This document shows, one piece after another, positions 36,623 to 46,934 of a stretch of 64,000 nucleotides of DNA. Position 1 is the first letter of the stretch. The number at the start of each line of letters is the position of its first letter. A program made the translations under genes and the position numbers. Origin of the DNA: an uncultured Collinsella sp. Its GTDB lineage: Bacteria > Actinomycetota > Coriobacteriia > Coriobacteriales > Coriobacteriaceae. The stretch covers positions 51,508 through 115,507 of the forward strand of contig UQHS01000001.1 of NCBI GenBank assembly GCA_900540845.1. The letters run 5' to 3'. The notes under the pieces were generated by a model, which had not been told where the DNA came from, searched no databases, and saw nothing but the letters and a program-made list of their open reading frames with translations.

Positions 36623-38581
36623 GTGATCTGCCCCCAGCAGAAAGGATGCACCGTGAGCACGCTTGCACCGAACGGCCAGTCCCTTAAGTATCTGCGTCTG
36701 CTCTCGCAGCAATTTCCAACGCAACAGTCGGTCTTTACCGAGATCATCAATCTGCAGGCGATCCTCAACCTGCCGAAAGGCACCGAGCATTTTATGAGCG
36801 ACCTGCACGGCGAGTACGAGGCGTTCCTGCACATCCTCAACAACTGCTCCGGTGTGGTGCGCGAACACGTGGACGACATCTATGGCGATGAGCTGAGCGA
36901 AGAGGAAAAAGCCGAGCTGTGCACGCTCATCTACTACCCCAAGGAGAAGCTCGAGCTTCTGCGCCGCGCGCATGGCGACACCGCGACGTGGTACAAGGTC
37001 ACACTCAACCGCCTGCTCGTGGTGGCGCGCTCGCTGTCGAGCCGCTATACGCGCTCCAAAGTGCGCAAGGCGATTCCGCACGATTACGCCTACATCATCG
37101 ACGAGCTGCTGCACACGCACCCAGATGAGAACAACTATCGCGTTCGGTATCACGAGCGCATCCTCGATTCGATTTTGGAGACCGACGCATGCGAGGACTT
37201 CATCTGCTCGCTGTCGAGCCTCATCAAGCGCTTGGTCATCGACCACCTGCACTTGGTGGGCGACATCTTTGACCGCGGCGGCGGCGCCTCCAAGATCATG
37301 GATCGATTGATGGGCTATCACTCGCTCGACATCCAGTGGGGCAACCACGACGTGTTGTGGATGGGCGCCGCGGCGGGGCAGCCCGCCTGCATCATCACGG
37401 TGCTGCGCAACAATCTGCGCTACGACAATTACGAGATTCTCGAGAATGACTACGGCATCTCCCTGCGCGAGCTCGTGGCGTTTGCCGAGCGCACGTACGC
37501 CCCGGTTCCCGAGGGTGCGACCGGCCTGGCAGCCAAGTGCACACCGCTCATCAAGGCGATCAACGTGCTGCTGTTCAAGCTCGAAGGCCAGATCATCCAG
37601 CGCCATGCGGCCTTTGACATGCGCGACCGCCTGCTTCTCGAGCGCATCGACCTTGAGGCGGGCACGGTCACGCTGGAAGACGGCACGTCGCACAAGCTCG
37701 TGACCGTTGATTTCCCCACGCTGGACCCCGCGCATCCCTATGAGCTCACCAGTGAGGAGCAGCGCATCGTCGACCGCCTCGTGATGGAGTTCACCACGGC
37801 CGATCACCTGCACCGGCATATCGACTTTTTGTACAGCCACGGGTCGATGTATTTGACGCGCAACCGCAACCTTTTGTTCCACGGTTGCGTTCCGATGAAC
37901 GAGGACGGCACGTTTTCGAGCATGAATTGCTTGGGGACTTGGCGCAGCGGTCGAGATTACCTCGACTTTTGCGACCGGATCGCGCGTCGCGCATGGCGCA
38001 CGGGCGACCAGGATGCGCTCGACTGGATGTGGTACCTGTGGATTGGCATGAAGTCGCCGGCAAGTGGTCGACTCGTCAAGACGTTCGAGCGCTCCTATAT
38101 CGACGATCCTGAGTGCTGGCGCGAGCCCATGGACCCGTATTTCGACCTCACGGCCGACGAGCGCATCTGCGATGCCATCATGTGCGAATTCGGCTTGACG
38201 TCGGGGGAGGGCCACATCATCAACGGACACAACCCGGTGCACACCGCGGAGGGCGAGAGCCCCATTCGGGCGCACGGAAGGCTGCTCGTCATCGATGGCG
38301 GGTTCTGCCAGGCGTATCATCCCAAGACCGGCATCGCGGGCTACACGCTCATTTCCAGTTCGCGCGGGTGCCGCCTCAAGGCACATCAGGCGTTTGAGAG
38401 CGTGGATGCCGTGCTGGGTCACAATGCCGACATCGTGAGCGAGACGGATCGGTTTGATATCGCGGAGCGCCGGCGGATGGTGAGCGATACCGATACGGGC
38501 GAGCAGATTCGCGAGCAGATCGGCGACCTGCGGGCGCTGCTCGAGGCGTATCGCAACGGTACGTTGGACGAGCGGCCGTAA
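36623..38581 (+). CDS. fbp: fructose-1,6-bisphosphatase class 3
   Basis: ...TEIINLQAILNLPKGTEHFMSDLHGEYEAF... and an overall 650-aa metallophosphatase layout are diagnostic of class III FBPase; the start could alternatively be the GTG at 36653. Confidence 0.85.
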   Translation: MICPQQKGCTVSTLAPNGQSLKYLRLLSQQFPTQQSVFTEIINLQAILNLPKGTEHFMSDLHGEYEAFLHILNNCSGVVREHVDDIYGDELSEEEKAELCTLIYYPKEKLELLRRAHGDTATWYKVTLNRLLVVARSLSSRYTRSKVRKAIPHDYAYIIDELLHTHPDENNYRVRYHERILDSILETDACEDFICSLSSLIKRLVIDHLHLVGDIFDRGGGASKIMDRLMGYHSLDIQWGNHDVLWMGAAAGQPACIITVLRNNLRYDNYEILENDYGISLRELVAFAERTYAPVPEGATGLAAKCTPLIKAINVLLFKLEGQIIQRHAAFDMRDRLLLERIDLEAGTVTLEDGTSHKLVTVDFPTLDPAHPYELTSEEQRIVDRLVMEFTTADHLHRHIDFLYSHGSMYLTRNRNLLFHGCVPMNEDGTFSSMNCLGTWRSGRDYLDFCDRIARRAWRTGDQDALDWMWYLWIGMKSPASGRLVKTFERSYIDDPECWREPMDPYFDLTADERICDAIMCEFGLTSGEGHIINGHNPVHTAEGESPIRAHGRLLVIDGGFCQAYHPKTGIAGYTLISSSRGCRLKAHQAFESVDAVLGHNADIVSETDRFDIAERRRMVSDTDTGEQIREQIGDLRALLEAYRNGTLDERP

Positions 38582-38671
38582 GAGGCGTGTTAGACGAGTC
38601 CCGCGTTGCGGTCTGTTGGATGTGGGGCGTGTGCTCGCGTGCGGGTAGAGGGCTGATGCCTGGCGGGAGGA

Positions 38672-38911
38672 CTATCGCAGCAGCTCCCACGGAGCCTTGC
38701 CCAGGGCGGATGCAATGTGTTCAAGAGTGGATAGCTTGAGGTTGCTGTGACCGGATTCGATTCGATCGAGCAGCACACGGCTGATACCTGCCTGCAGGCA
38801 AAAATCGACCTTTGACAGTCCGAGCTCTTTTCGAAGACTCGAGACATTGTCGCCCAAAATATGTTGCACGCTGGTATCCATGGCATGGAGGATGCCCATG
38901 AGCTTTGACAA
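38672..38911 (-). CDS. XRE-family helix-turn-helix transcriptional regulator
   Basis: LRKELGLSKVDFCLQAGISRVLLDRIESG is an HTH_XRE pattern; 79 aa; divergent from the large regulator. Confidence 0.7.
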   Translation of the reverse strand: MSKLMGILHAMDTSVQHILGDNVSSLRKELGLSKVDFCLQAGISRVLLDRIESGHSNLKLSTLEHIASALGKAPWELLR

Positions 38912-39360
38912 AATGTAAACTGCAGTGTACGTTAGGGCTGTTCCGCATAGGGATTACAAAACCATGTCGTGACGCGCCTCGCGCACTCACGGTGTCAAAT
39001 AGGCATATGGACGTGACGGAGTTTTCCACAATTCCGTTAGGGTTCTGTCCTCAATCTTGCATGTTTCTAGCAAAAATATACCGTTCACGGACGCGTTTTC
39101 CACACTCGCGGTCTCTGGTCGGCCACTCCGTTTTGATAGGGCGTATGTTAATAGTGCATCTACAACAGGAGAAATGCAGCCGAAAAGCACGGAAACGGCT
39201 GAAATGTTTGAAATGATGCACCGCGGTGAGGAAGAGCTGATCCAACAGGTTTCTAACAGGAATCTAACCAGGCACGTGAAAAAATGAGAAAAGAGCACGT
39301 GACCTCGAGTTGCATCTCATACCGTTGTAGACCCAACAAGTTGCACGGAAGGAGCATGCG

Positions 39361-42300
39361 ATGACTCAGCAAGAGCAACCGAAATTGGATGGCAAGCAGA
39401 AGATGCCATCAGAGAGGGGTTGTATAATTGCAAAACCGTCTGGAAGAGAATCACGTCGTTCGGTGATCAGGACGCATGTGATGCGCGATATGGACGTGCG
39501 GGGATCGCAGGCGGGCATAACGCTTGTCATCGCTCCGGATGGGTTTGGGAAAACGACCGTGCTGCACCAACGTGTCGCCGCGGTGCGGGCGGATCGGGAG
39601 AGGGGCGTCGCGCGCCTGCTCGACGCCGGGCACATGGACGCTCAAGAGTTGTTTGCCGCGTTGAAGCGCATGCGCTCCGAGCTCGGTGGGTCCACGCGCC
39701 CGCTCGTTGCCATAGACGATTGTCCACGCATGACGGGCTCTGCCCTTGAGGCGGTGCCGGCATTGATGCGCGCCATGCGCGAAGAGGGCTTCGAATTCCT
39801 CGTGGCTTGCAGCCCCACCGCCCGCGATTTCTTGTCGGCGATGGGCGATACCCATGTCGTCCGCCCTGCCGCGCTGGTGGTTCGCCCGCATGAGTACGAC
39901 GAGTGGGCAAAGGAGTTCGCGATCGCCCGCGACCTCGATGTATACGAACTTACCCAGGGCATTCCCCGACTCGTGGCGTTGCTCGGCGAGATCGTCGCAT
40001 ACCGTTCGGGCTCTGAGGCGTTTGCCGAGGGTGCGGCCGACATGTACCGCCGTGCTCTGGACGAGCTGCGCCGGTGTCGAGACTCGCTGTATAGGCTTGC
40101 GTGCCTGCTCATCTTGACGGGTGCCGGGAGGCAGCGGGACTTTGAGCGCATTGGGATGCGGCCACGTCGAGACACATGGATGAGAATGGCCCGCGATTAC
40201 CCGATGTTCGGTATCGATATCGAGCGAGGGGGATACCGCTGCCTTGCGATGCGCAGCGCGGCGATGGACGGCCTATGCCGCGAAATCGTCGCGCGCCAGC
40301 CGCTGTTTGCCGCCCGGGCGGTGTCGGTGCTGCTGGATGCGGGAAATGTCGACCGCGCGGTGAGCATTGCCGGCATGTTTAGCCGCCAGGCCGATGCGCT
40401 GGGCGTGCTGGCGGAGCACCCGACGGCGTTTGCCCTGAGCGGCAACGTGGATTTCGTCCGCACGCTGGTCGGATCGATAGAAGATTCTAATTCGTCGTGT
40501 GTCGAGCCGGGTGTGGTACTTGCGATGCTGCTAGCGGGGCTGGTGAGTGGCGATTATCGCACGGCCCGCGGTTTTGCCGCGGAGCTGAGGCGCCGGGCTC
40601 ACGACGCCCTGGAGGCCATCGAGCCCATGGCGTGGGCCGAGGCGAGCGCCCTGTGCTCCGTGTGGTCGGCCTGTCGCGGCATCGAGCTCCCCTCGATCGA
40701 CCCTGCGGTCATCCAGGGCAAGCGAAGCGTCGCGACTCATGACCTGCAGCAGCACGTGCATGTGCATCGTCAGCTGGTGGAAGGCGCAGGCGTCGGCGCG
40801 CTGGACGAGGCGCTGCCGGGGCTCGAAGAGCTTGTGGGGACGAGCTTCGATGTCCCAAAGGTGCTGCTCGCGTGCGACCGCGTGCTCGTCGATAGCCTGC
40901 GCGGCGATATCGGCGACGCGAGGGCTTTGGACGAGCGTCTCCAGGCGGTGGCGAAGCATGCCCTGGAGCGGTGTCTCAATCCAATTGCGATGCACGTTCG
41001 CATGGTAGCAGCGTTCAACCGGTTGCTCATGGGCCTGCCCGTGGCGGATGAGCGCGCGTTCGTCGATGCGGGAACCATCGCCGTGCGAACGCGGGAGCTT
41101 CCGACGCAGCTTTTGTGCCTGGTGGGCGAGGGGTGGCAGGCGCTGGCCGTCTCCCAGACTTCAAACGCGCTGTTCCGCGCGCAGCAGGTGCTCAAGCTGG
41201 CCGATGAAAAGCAGGTGCTCCTCACCACCTGGGCGCGCCTGCTCGAATGTTGCGCCCATGTGATGAATGCGTCGTGCGCCAACCTGTCCGACGAGGCGGA
41301 GTTTTTCGACCTGTCTCAGAAGGCGACGAGTTTTGTCGATGCATGGGTGATCGCCATTACGCTGTCCGCGGCGCATCGGGTCGGCGAGCTCACGGCATGG
41401 TGCTCGTTGAATAAGCGGATCATGTTGGCGAAGGAGTACAGCGGGTTCGCACGTCAGGCCGTCGCGGCGTTGGGCGACCGCGTCGTCAGCCTTGCGAGGC
41501 TGCTGCCGCAGGAGTGCCTGGTGGCAGACGAGCATATCGCCGCCGTGCAAGCCCCATCGCAGGCGGTGCGCACGGCAGGCTTGCTCGCAGACGAAGAAGG
41601 GCTGGGGCACGTGCGCGTGTCGCTGTTCGGCGGGTTTCAGGTCGAGCGCAACGGCCATGTTGTCACGGGGAGCATGTGGCGGCGCAGAAAGGCCTGCGTG
41701 TTGGCGGCGCGCTTGGTTTTGGCGGGAGGGGCGTTTGTGCTCCGAAGCGAGCTCACAGAACAGGTGTGGCCGCACAAGGACTATCAACGGGCGCGTGAGG
41801 CCCTGTATACCTGCCTGACATCGCTGCGAGCGGCGTTTGGGCAGACGGAGAACGGCCCTCAGTATGTGATCACGCAGGGCGAGGGGGTCGCGGTCAACAG
41901 CGAATACGTGACGTCGGACGTCATGCTGTTCGATCGGCTTGCCCGCGACATCCTGTTGCGCCGGTCGGGCACGACGGGCAGGCAGCTCATCGAGGCGTGT
42001 CTTGCCCTAGACGAGCTCTATGCGGGCCCGCTGTATGTGCCGACGTACGGAGACGCGGCGTATTTCGTGACCCAGCGCAGGATGTACGAGGGGAAATTCA
42101 TCGACTGCATGATGCGTGGCATAGCGGTTGCGCTCGAGATGGAAGACCTGCCAGCCGCATCGTGGTTTGTCGAGGCGGCGTTGAGGCACACGCCGTTGCG
42201 CGAGGACGTGATTCGCGCTGCCATGCGCATCTACGATATGACGGGGCGGCGCCGTGAGGTGGTTGAGCTCTATACCAGCCACATGCACGTGCTCGAACAG

Positions 42301-42387
42301 GAACTGCATGCACTGCCCGAGCGAGAGACGCAGCTGCTGTACGAGTCGATCATCCAACGTGCGGGCGAAGTCGCCCTCATCGCGTGA
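39361..42387 (+). CDS. large transcriptional regulator: N-terminal P-loop NTPase, helical middle, C-terminal SARP-type module (OmpR-like winged helix + BTAD)
   Basis: Walker A APDGFGKTT near the N-terminus; C-terminal RVSLFGGFQVERNGHVV...RKACVLAARLVLAGGAFVLRSELTEQVWP (OmpR/SARP wHTH) followed by a BTAD-like ...DELYAGPLYVPTYGDAAYFVTQRRMYEGKF...; RBS GGAAGGAG. Confidence 0.7.
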   Translation: MTQQEQPKLDGKQKMPSERGCIIAKPSGRESRRSVIRTHVMRDMDVRGSQAGITLVIAPDGFGKTTVLHQRVAAVRADRERGVARLLDAGHMDAQELFAALKRMRSELGGSTRPLVAIDDCPRMTGSALEAVPALMRAMREEGFEFLVACSPTARDFLSAMGDTHVVRPAALVVRPHEYDEWAKEFAIARDLDVYELTQGIPRLVALLGEIVAYRSGSEAFAEGAADMYRRALDELRRCRDSLYRLACLLILTGAGRQRDFERIGMRPRRDTWMRMARDYPMFGIDIERGGYRCLAMRSAAMDGLCREIVARQPLFAARAVSVLLDAGNVDRAVSIAGMFSRQADALGVLAEHPTAFALSGNVDFVRTLVGSIEDSNSSCVEPGVVLAMLLAGLVSGDYRTARGFAAELRRRAHDALEAIEPMAWAEASALCSVWSACRGIELPSIDPAVIQGKRSVATHDLQQHVHVHRQLVEGAGVGALDEALPGLEELVGTSFDVPKVLLACDRVLVDSLRGDIGDARALDERLQAVAKHALERCLNPIAMHVRMVAAFNRLLMGLPVADERAFVDAGTIAVRTRELPTQLLCLVGEGWQALAVSQTSNALFRAQQVLKLADEKQVLLTTWARLLECCAHVMNASCANLSDEAEFFDLSQKATSFVDAWVIAITLSAAHRVGELTAWCSLNKRIMLAKEYSGFARQAVAALGDRVVSLARLLPQECLVADEHIAAVQAPSQAVRTAGLLADEEGLGHVRVSLFGGFQVERNGHVVTGSMWRRRKACVLAARLVLAGGAFVLRSELTEQVWPHKDYQRAREALYTCLTSLRAAFGQTENGPQYVITQGEGVAVNSEYVTSDVMLFDRLARDILLRRSGTTGRQLIEACLALDELYAGPLYVPTYGDAAYFVTQRRMYEGKFIDCMMRGIAVALEMEDLPAASWFVEAALRHTPLREDVIRAAMRIYDMTGRRREVVELYTSHMHVLEQELHALPERETQLLYESIIQRAGEVALIA

Positions 42388-42446
42388 GCATAAGGCGCGC
42401 CTGCACGTGGAGGGGGGCCATCGGGCTCTGCACCTAAAACGGGCGA

Positions 42447-42746
42447 TTAGACGAGCTTGATGTGCTCGATGTCCTTGCGGCCGCTCTCGCGATACAGGGA
42501 AAAGCGGTGGCCGATGACCTGCACGACCTCGGCGTTGACGCGCTCGGCGAGCTGCTCGGCTGCCTCGCGGCAGGACAGAAGGCTGCCATCCTGCACGCCG
42601 CACTTGATCAGCTCGTGCGCCTCGAGGGCCTCGTCGGCCTGCTTGGCGATGGCGTCGGTGACGTCGGCCTTGCCAATGAGCACGACGGGATTGAGGTGGT
42701 GCGCGAGGGCGCGGAGCTGACGGACCTGCTTGCCGGTGAGAGCCAT
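42447..42746 (-). CDS. YhbY/CRM-domain RNA-binding protein
   Basis: MALTGKQVRQLRALAHHLNPVVLIGKADVTDAI...IGHRFSLYRE matches the YhbY family. Confidence 0.75.
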   Translation of the reverse strand: MALTGKQVRQLRALAHHLNPVVLIGKADVTDAIAKQADEALEAHELIKCGVQDGSLLSCREAAEQLAERVNAEVVQVIGHRFSLYRESGRKDIEHIKLV

Positions 42747-42935
42747 GTGGTGCTCGCTTTCTAAAACGTTGGTTTGAGCAGGTAAACGATACAGCACGCC
42801 CACGGTACAGACAAGGGGCAAGTGCGTCCTGCGTACATCTTTTGTTTCGTTTGCTGCGGTGTGCTGCAGTGCGCGCTCGCACGTTAGAATATGGAACGCA
42901 ACACATATGTCAGCACGAGCTGCGAAGGAGCCGCC

Positions 42936-44300
42936 ATGTCCATCACGCCCCAGGAGATTGCCGAGACTCGCGGCATGGTCTCAGAGCACAATCTGGACAT
43001 CCGTACCATCACCATGGGCATTTCGCTTATGGGCTGTGCGGACGAGAACCTCGAGCGCATGTGCACCAAGGTGTACGACCACGTGACGCGCACCGCTGAG
43101 CATCTTGTCGAGACCGCGGAGAGCTTGGAGCGCGAGTACGGCATTCCCATCGTGAACAAGCGCGTCTCGGTGACCCCGGTGGCTCAGATCGCCTCGGCGT
43201 GCCCCGACGAGGACCTCGTGCCCCTTGCGCACGCCCTCGATCGTGCCGCCGCGACTCTCGGCATCGATTACCTCGGCGGTTACTCCGCCCTCGTCCACAA
43301 GGGCATCGGCAACGCGGACCGCAGGCTCATCAACTGCATCCCCCGCGCCCTGGCGGAGACCTCCCGCGTGTGCTCGAGCGTGAATGTGGCCACCCTGCGC
43401 GCGGGTATCAACATGGACGCCGTTCTCATGGCCGCCCAGACCATCATCGACGCGGCCAAACTCACTGCCGACCGCGAATGCGTGGGCGCCTCCAAATTCG
43501 TCTGCTTTGCCAACATGGTGGAGGACTCGCCGTTCATGGCGGGCGCGGTGCACGGCTCGGGCGAGGCCGACGCCGTCATCAACGTCGGTGTTTCCGGCCC
43601 CGGCGTGATGGCCGCAGCGCTTGAGGAGCTGCCCGAGGACGCCGACATGATGCAGGTCGCCGAGCGCATCAAGCAGACCGCCTTCAAGATCACGCGCGCG
43701 GGCGAGCTCATGAGCCGTGAGGCGGCTCGCCGCTTGGGCGTGGATAAGGGTATCGTCGATCTGTCCTTGGCGCCTACGCCCGCCATCGGCGATTCGGTCG
43801 CCCGTATTCTCGAGATCATCGGCGTCGGCCAGTGCGGCGGCCCCGGCACTACGGCGGCCCTCGCGTTGCTCAACGACTGCGTCAAGAAGGGCGGCGTCAT
43901 GGCGAGCTCTTCGGTGGGCGGCCTGTCCGGCGCGTTCATCCCGGTATCGGAGGACGCCGGCATGATCGCCGCGGCCGAGGCGGGCGCGCTTTCGCTGGAG
44001 AAGCTCGAGGCCATGACCTGCGTGTGCTCGGTGGGCCTCGACATGATCGCGGTCCCCGGCGACACGGACGTGGAGACCATTGCGGGCATCATCGCCGACG
44101 AGATGGCGATCGGCGTCATCAACAACAAGACCACCGCCGTGCGCATCATTCCCGCCATCGGAAAGGGTGTGGGCGAATCGGTCGATTACGGCGGACTGTT
44201 TGGCCGTGCGCCCATCATGCCGGTGAACAGCCACGCGGGCACGGTGTTCGCCCATCGCGGTGGTCGGTTCCCGGCGCCCATGAACTCACTGAAGAACTAG
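42936..44300 (+). CDS. UPF0210 (DUF711) family protein
   Basis: [34 protein letters not shown]... is the conserved UPF0210 N-terminus; RBS GAAGGAG; about 455 aa. Confidence 0.75.
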   Translation: MSITPQEIAETRGMVSEHNLDIRTITMGISLMGCADENLERMCTKVYDHVTRTAEHLVETAESLEREYGIPIVNKRVSVTPVAQIASACPDEDLVPLAHALDRAAATLGIDYLGGYSALVHKGIGNADRRLINCIPRALAETSRVCSSVNVATLRAGINMDAVLMAAQTIIDAAKLTADRECVGASKFVCFANMVEDSPFMAGAVHGSGEADAVINVGVSGPGVMAAALEELPEDADMMQVAERIKQTAFKITRAGELMSREAARRLGVDKGIVDLSLAPTPAIGDSVARILEIIGVGQCGGPGTTAALALLNDCVKKGGVMASSSVGGLSGAFIPVSEDAGMIAAAEAGALSLEKLEAMTCVCSVGLDMIAVPGDTDVETIAGIIADEMAIGVINNKTTAVRIIPAIGKGVGESVDYGGLFGRAPIMPVNSHAGTVFAHRGGRFPAPMNSLKN

Positions 44301-44329
44301 CCGCTAGCCGAACAAAATAGCTGGTAACG

Positions 44330-44360
44330 CATCGGGCCTGCGTCACGCGGGCCCGATGCG
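44330..44360. terminator. bidirectional terminator hairpin
   Basis: GCATCGGGCC-TGCGTCACGCG-GGCCCGATGC, perfect 10-bp stem, between convergent genes. Confidence 0.6.
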
Positions 44361-44411
44361 CATTTGTATGTGTTGGGCGAGCCGCGGGCGGCGGGCGCCA
44401 GGCGCGTCGTC

Positions 44412-46871
44412 CTAGCCGAACACCTTGGCCGCAATGCGCGCCGACTCGGCGGCGTCTTTGGCATAGAAGTCCGCGCCGATTTGCTGGGCGTATTCCGGCG
44501 TGAGGACCGCGCCTCCCACCATGACGAGCGCACCCGGCGCCTCGCGATGCAGCAGGTCGATGGTCTTCGCCATGTTCACGACGGTCGTGGTCATCAGCGC
44601 GGAGAGGCCGACGAGTTTGATGTCGCGGTCGCGCACGGCGTCGAGCACCGCCTGCGGCTTCACGTCGCGCCCGAGGTCGATCACGGTGTATCCGTAGTTG
44701 TCGAGCAGCATCTTGACGATGTTTTTACCGATGTCGTGGATGTCGCCCTCGACCGTGGCGACGCAGATCGTCCCCTTATCGAGGTCCGACGCGGCGGGCA
44801 TCCTGTCTTTGATGACGTCGAATCCGGCACGTGCCGCCTCGGCCGACGCCATAAGCTGTGGCAAGAAGAGCTCTCCGCGATCAAAGCGCACCCCCACCTC
44901 ATCGAGGGCGGGAATGAGGTGCGCGTCGATGAGCTCGAGCGCGTCAACGGTGCCGAGCAGCTCGCGGGTGAGGTCCGCGGTCTCGCGCTTGCGCCCGGTG
45001 AGCACGAAATGCTCGATCGATTGTTCGTCCGGAGATGCGCTCGGCACCCCGCCGCCTTGCCCGACGCTCTCGCCTTGTCCGGGCACCATGTCGCCCGTGG
45101 TGACGATCGCCGCCGCGTCTCCTCCCGCGGCGGTATACGGGTCGCTCCAGGAGGCGTAGCGTTCGATGTAGTCTTCGGCGCCCGCGTCCTCGCCATTCAA
45201 GACGCGGAAGGTTCGCACGACATCCATGTAGCGCTCGGATTTGGGGTTCAGGATCGGGGCGTCGAGGCCGGCGCCAAAAGCGGCGGCGAGGTAGATGCTG
45301 TTGAGTAGGGGCCGCTGCGGCAGGCCAAAGCTGATGTTGGACACGCCGAGGGCGCACGCGACGCCCAGGCGCTCCTTGACCAGCGTGATGGCACGCAGGG
45401 TCTCACACGCCTGGCGCTGGTCGGTCGATGCGGTCATGGCGAGGCAGTCGATGAGGATCCGCGAACGCGGGATGCCGTGGCGCTCCGCCTCGAGCACGAT
45501 GCGCTCAGCGATCTCGAGGCGCTGCTCGGCTGTGGTGGGGATGCCCGCCTCGTCGAGGGTGAGGCCGATCACGTTGGCGCCGTATCGCGCGGCGATGGGC
45601 AAGATCTCGTCGAGCGCATCGCGTTTGCCGTTGACCGAGTTGATGATGGGCTTGCCGGGGTATCGGCGCACGGCGGCCTCGAGCGCGGCGGGGACGGTGG
45701 AGTCGAATTGAAGCGGTAGCGTGACGGCTCCCGCCAGCCGTTCGCCGGCAGTCTGGAGGGCCTCGACCTCATCGATGTCGGGAAGGCCGACGTTGACGTC
45801 GAGAATATCGGCGCCTTCCTCCTGCTGCGCGATGCCCTCGCTCACCACATAGTCAAAATCATGAGCACGAAGGGCCTCTTTGAGCCGTTTCTTGCCGGTG
45901 GGGTTGATCCGCTCGCCGATGACGGCGATCGCGTGCCCGTCGGCGGGCAGGTAGACGAGTTCCTGGGCGCTCGTGACGGTGAGCGCCGCAGGTACGCTGC
46001 GGCGACGCGGCGCGTGCCCGCGCAGGAGCTCGGCGATGAGGGCGATATGGCGCGGGTCGGTGCCGCAGCAGCCGCCGAGAATCGCGACGCCGTCCTCGAT
46101 CATGCCGCGAACGGCCTGGGCATATGCCTCGGGTTCGATATCGAAGACGGTGCAACCATGTTCCACGTGGGGCAGGCCGGCGTTTGCCTGGACGATCACG
46201 GGCTTTTCCGTGACGTCGAGCATGCGCCGGGCGAGGGCGCGCAGCTCATGCGGCCCCTGGGAGCAATTGATGCCCAGGGCGTCGACACCCAGGGCGTCCA
46301 GCGTGACGGCTGCGACCTCGGGGGAGGTTCCCAGGAAGGTGCGGCCGTCGGTCTCAAAGGTCATGGTGGCGAAGATGGGCAGCGAGGTGGTTTCGCGGCA
46401 TGCGAGGACGGCCGCCTTGATTTCGAGCAGGTCGGTCATCGTCTCGATGATGAACAGGTCCGCGCCTGCTTCGGCCGCGGCGCGTGCCTGCTCGGCAAAT
46501 GCGTCGTAGGCGTCGTCGAAGCTGAGCGTGCCCAAGGGACGCAGCAGGGCTCCCAGCGGACCGATGTCGGCGGCGACGAGGCGGGCGCCGGCCGCTCGGG
46601 CGCATGCAACGGCGGCGGTGTAGATCTCGGCCACCGAGGCCTTGCCGTTGAGCTTGAAGCGGTTCGCGCCGAAGGTGTTGGTGGTGATGACGGTGCTACC
46701 CGCCTCGACATAGGCACGGTGGATTGCCTCGATGTGCTGGGGGTCGCTCAGGCACAAGAGCTCGGGGAGCTCGCCTGCAGCCAGGCCCGCGGCCTGGAGC
46801 ATCGTGCCCATGCCGCCGTCGAACAGCAGGTAGCCAGTGCCGGCGAGTGCGCGTTGCAATGTGGTGTCCAT
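44412..46871 (-). CDS. metH: cobalamin-dependent methionine synthase, short form lacking the AdoMet reactivation domain
   Basis: Homocysteine-binding domain (LFDGGMGTML...GGCCGT), pterin-binding domain, B12-binding DxHxxG motif (GDIHDIGKNIV); 819 aa. Confidence 0.85.
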   Translation of the reverse strand: MDTTLQRALAGTGYLLFDGGMGTMLQAAGLAAGELPELLCLSDPQHIEAIHRAYVEAGSTVITTNTFGANRFKLNGKASVAEIYTAAVACARAAGARLVAADIGPLGALLRPLGTLSFDDAYDAFAEQARAAAEAGADLFIIETMTDLLEIKAAVLACRETTSLPIFATMTFETDGRTFLGTSPEVAAVTLDALGVDALGINCSQGPHELRALARRMLDVTEKPVIVQANAGLPHVEHGCTVFDIEPEAYAQAVRGMIEDGVAILGGCCGTDPRHIALIAELLRGHAPRRRSVPAALTVTSAQELVYLPADGHAIAVIGERINPTGKKRLKEALRAHDFDYVVSEGIAQQEEGADILDVNVGLPDIDEVEALQTAGERLAGAVTLPLQFDSTVPAALEAAVRRYPGKPIINSVNGKRDALDEILPIAARYGANVIGLTLDEAGIPTTAEQRLEIAERIVLEAERHGIPRSRILIDCLAMTASTDQRQACETLRAITLVKERLGVACALGVSNISFGLPQRPLLNSIYLAAAFGAGLDAPILNPKSERYMDVVRTFRVLNGEDAGAEDYIERYASWSDPYTAAGGDAAAIVTTGDMVPGQGESVGQGGGVPSASPDEQSIEHFVLTGRKRETADLTRELLGTVDALELIDAHLIPALDEVGVRFDRGELFLPQLMASAEAARAGFDVIKDRMPAASDLDKGTICVATVEGDIHDIGKNIVKMLLDNYGYTVIDLGRDVKPQAVLDAVRDRDIKLVGLSALMTTTVVNMAKTIDLLHREAPGALVMVGGAVLTPEYAQQIGADFYAKDAAESARIAAKVFG

Positions 46872-46934
46872 GGTGCTCCTTGAGGGGGTGCAGGTGCGTG
46901 AGGTCCGATGCTCCTGCGTACGTTGGGGCTTAGC

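Noticed and set aside
39057-39287. 76-aa ORF in the XRE / SARP-ATPase intergenic region
   Set aside because: No RBS or recognisable domain; overlaps the direct-repeat promoter region; likely non-coding, though a small regulatory peptide cannot be excluded
44298-44422. 11-bp direct repeat CTAGCCGAACA at the stops of UPF0210 and metH
   Set aside because: Both copies coincide with convergent stop codons; a single short repeat without further structure is most likely chance
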